Below are positions 60,776 to 64,000 of a stretch of DNA of 64,000 nucleotides, one piece after another. The stretch covers positions 480,001-544,000 of the forward strand of contig CAWHAE010000016.1 of NCBI GenBank assembly GCA_963827235.1. Reading direction: 5' to 3'. The notes under the pieces were generated by a model, which was not told where the DNA came from, did no database searches, and saw nothing but the letters and a program-made list of their open reading frames with translations. This DNA comes from an uncultured bacterium. GTDB lineage: Bacteria > Chloroflexota > UBA5177 > JANWHV01. A program made the translations under genes and the position numbers. Each line of letters starts with the position of its first letter. Position 1 is the first letter of the stretch.

Positions 60776-64000
<3,225 letters not shown>

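Overview
GC-rich bacterial chromosomal window with about 55 CDS and one tRNA-Glu(TTC). The mix of mutL, asp23-fakA-fakB, holB followed by a ricT-like gene and an archaeal-type proS suggests Terrabacteria, most likely Chloroflexota or a relative (inference). It holds housekeeping genes (holB, mutL, RNase H, moaC, pyrE, pyrD, cysK, proS), two ABC importers, three histidine kinases, a REC-cyclase cluster, three GT-C-like membrane proteins and an AAA+/VWA pair. I found no CRISPR array, integrase, transposase or recognisable defence system. Ten single-base frameshifts in seven otherwise intact genes look like long-read errors. The best leads are regulatory: (i) a divergent M-box-like leader with an SD-sequestering hairpin upstream of a stand-alone MgtE that lacks the membrane domain; (ii) an unrecognised structured leader with alternative folds before a HAD hydrolase; (iii) Pho-box-like 11-bp repeats before the first ABC importer; (iv) a truncated RicT-like protein; (v) a kinase/USP/REC/cyclase module with a non-canonical purine-specifying residue. 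All calls are by-eye motif recognition, no searches were run, and no novel system is established.
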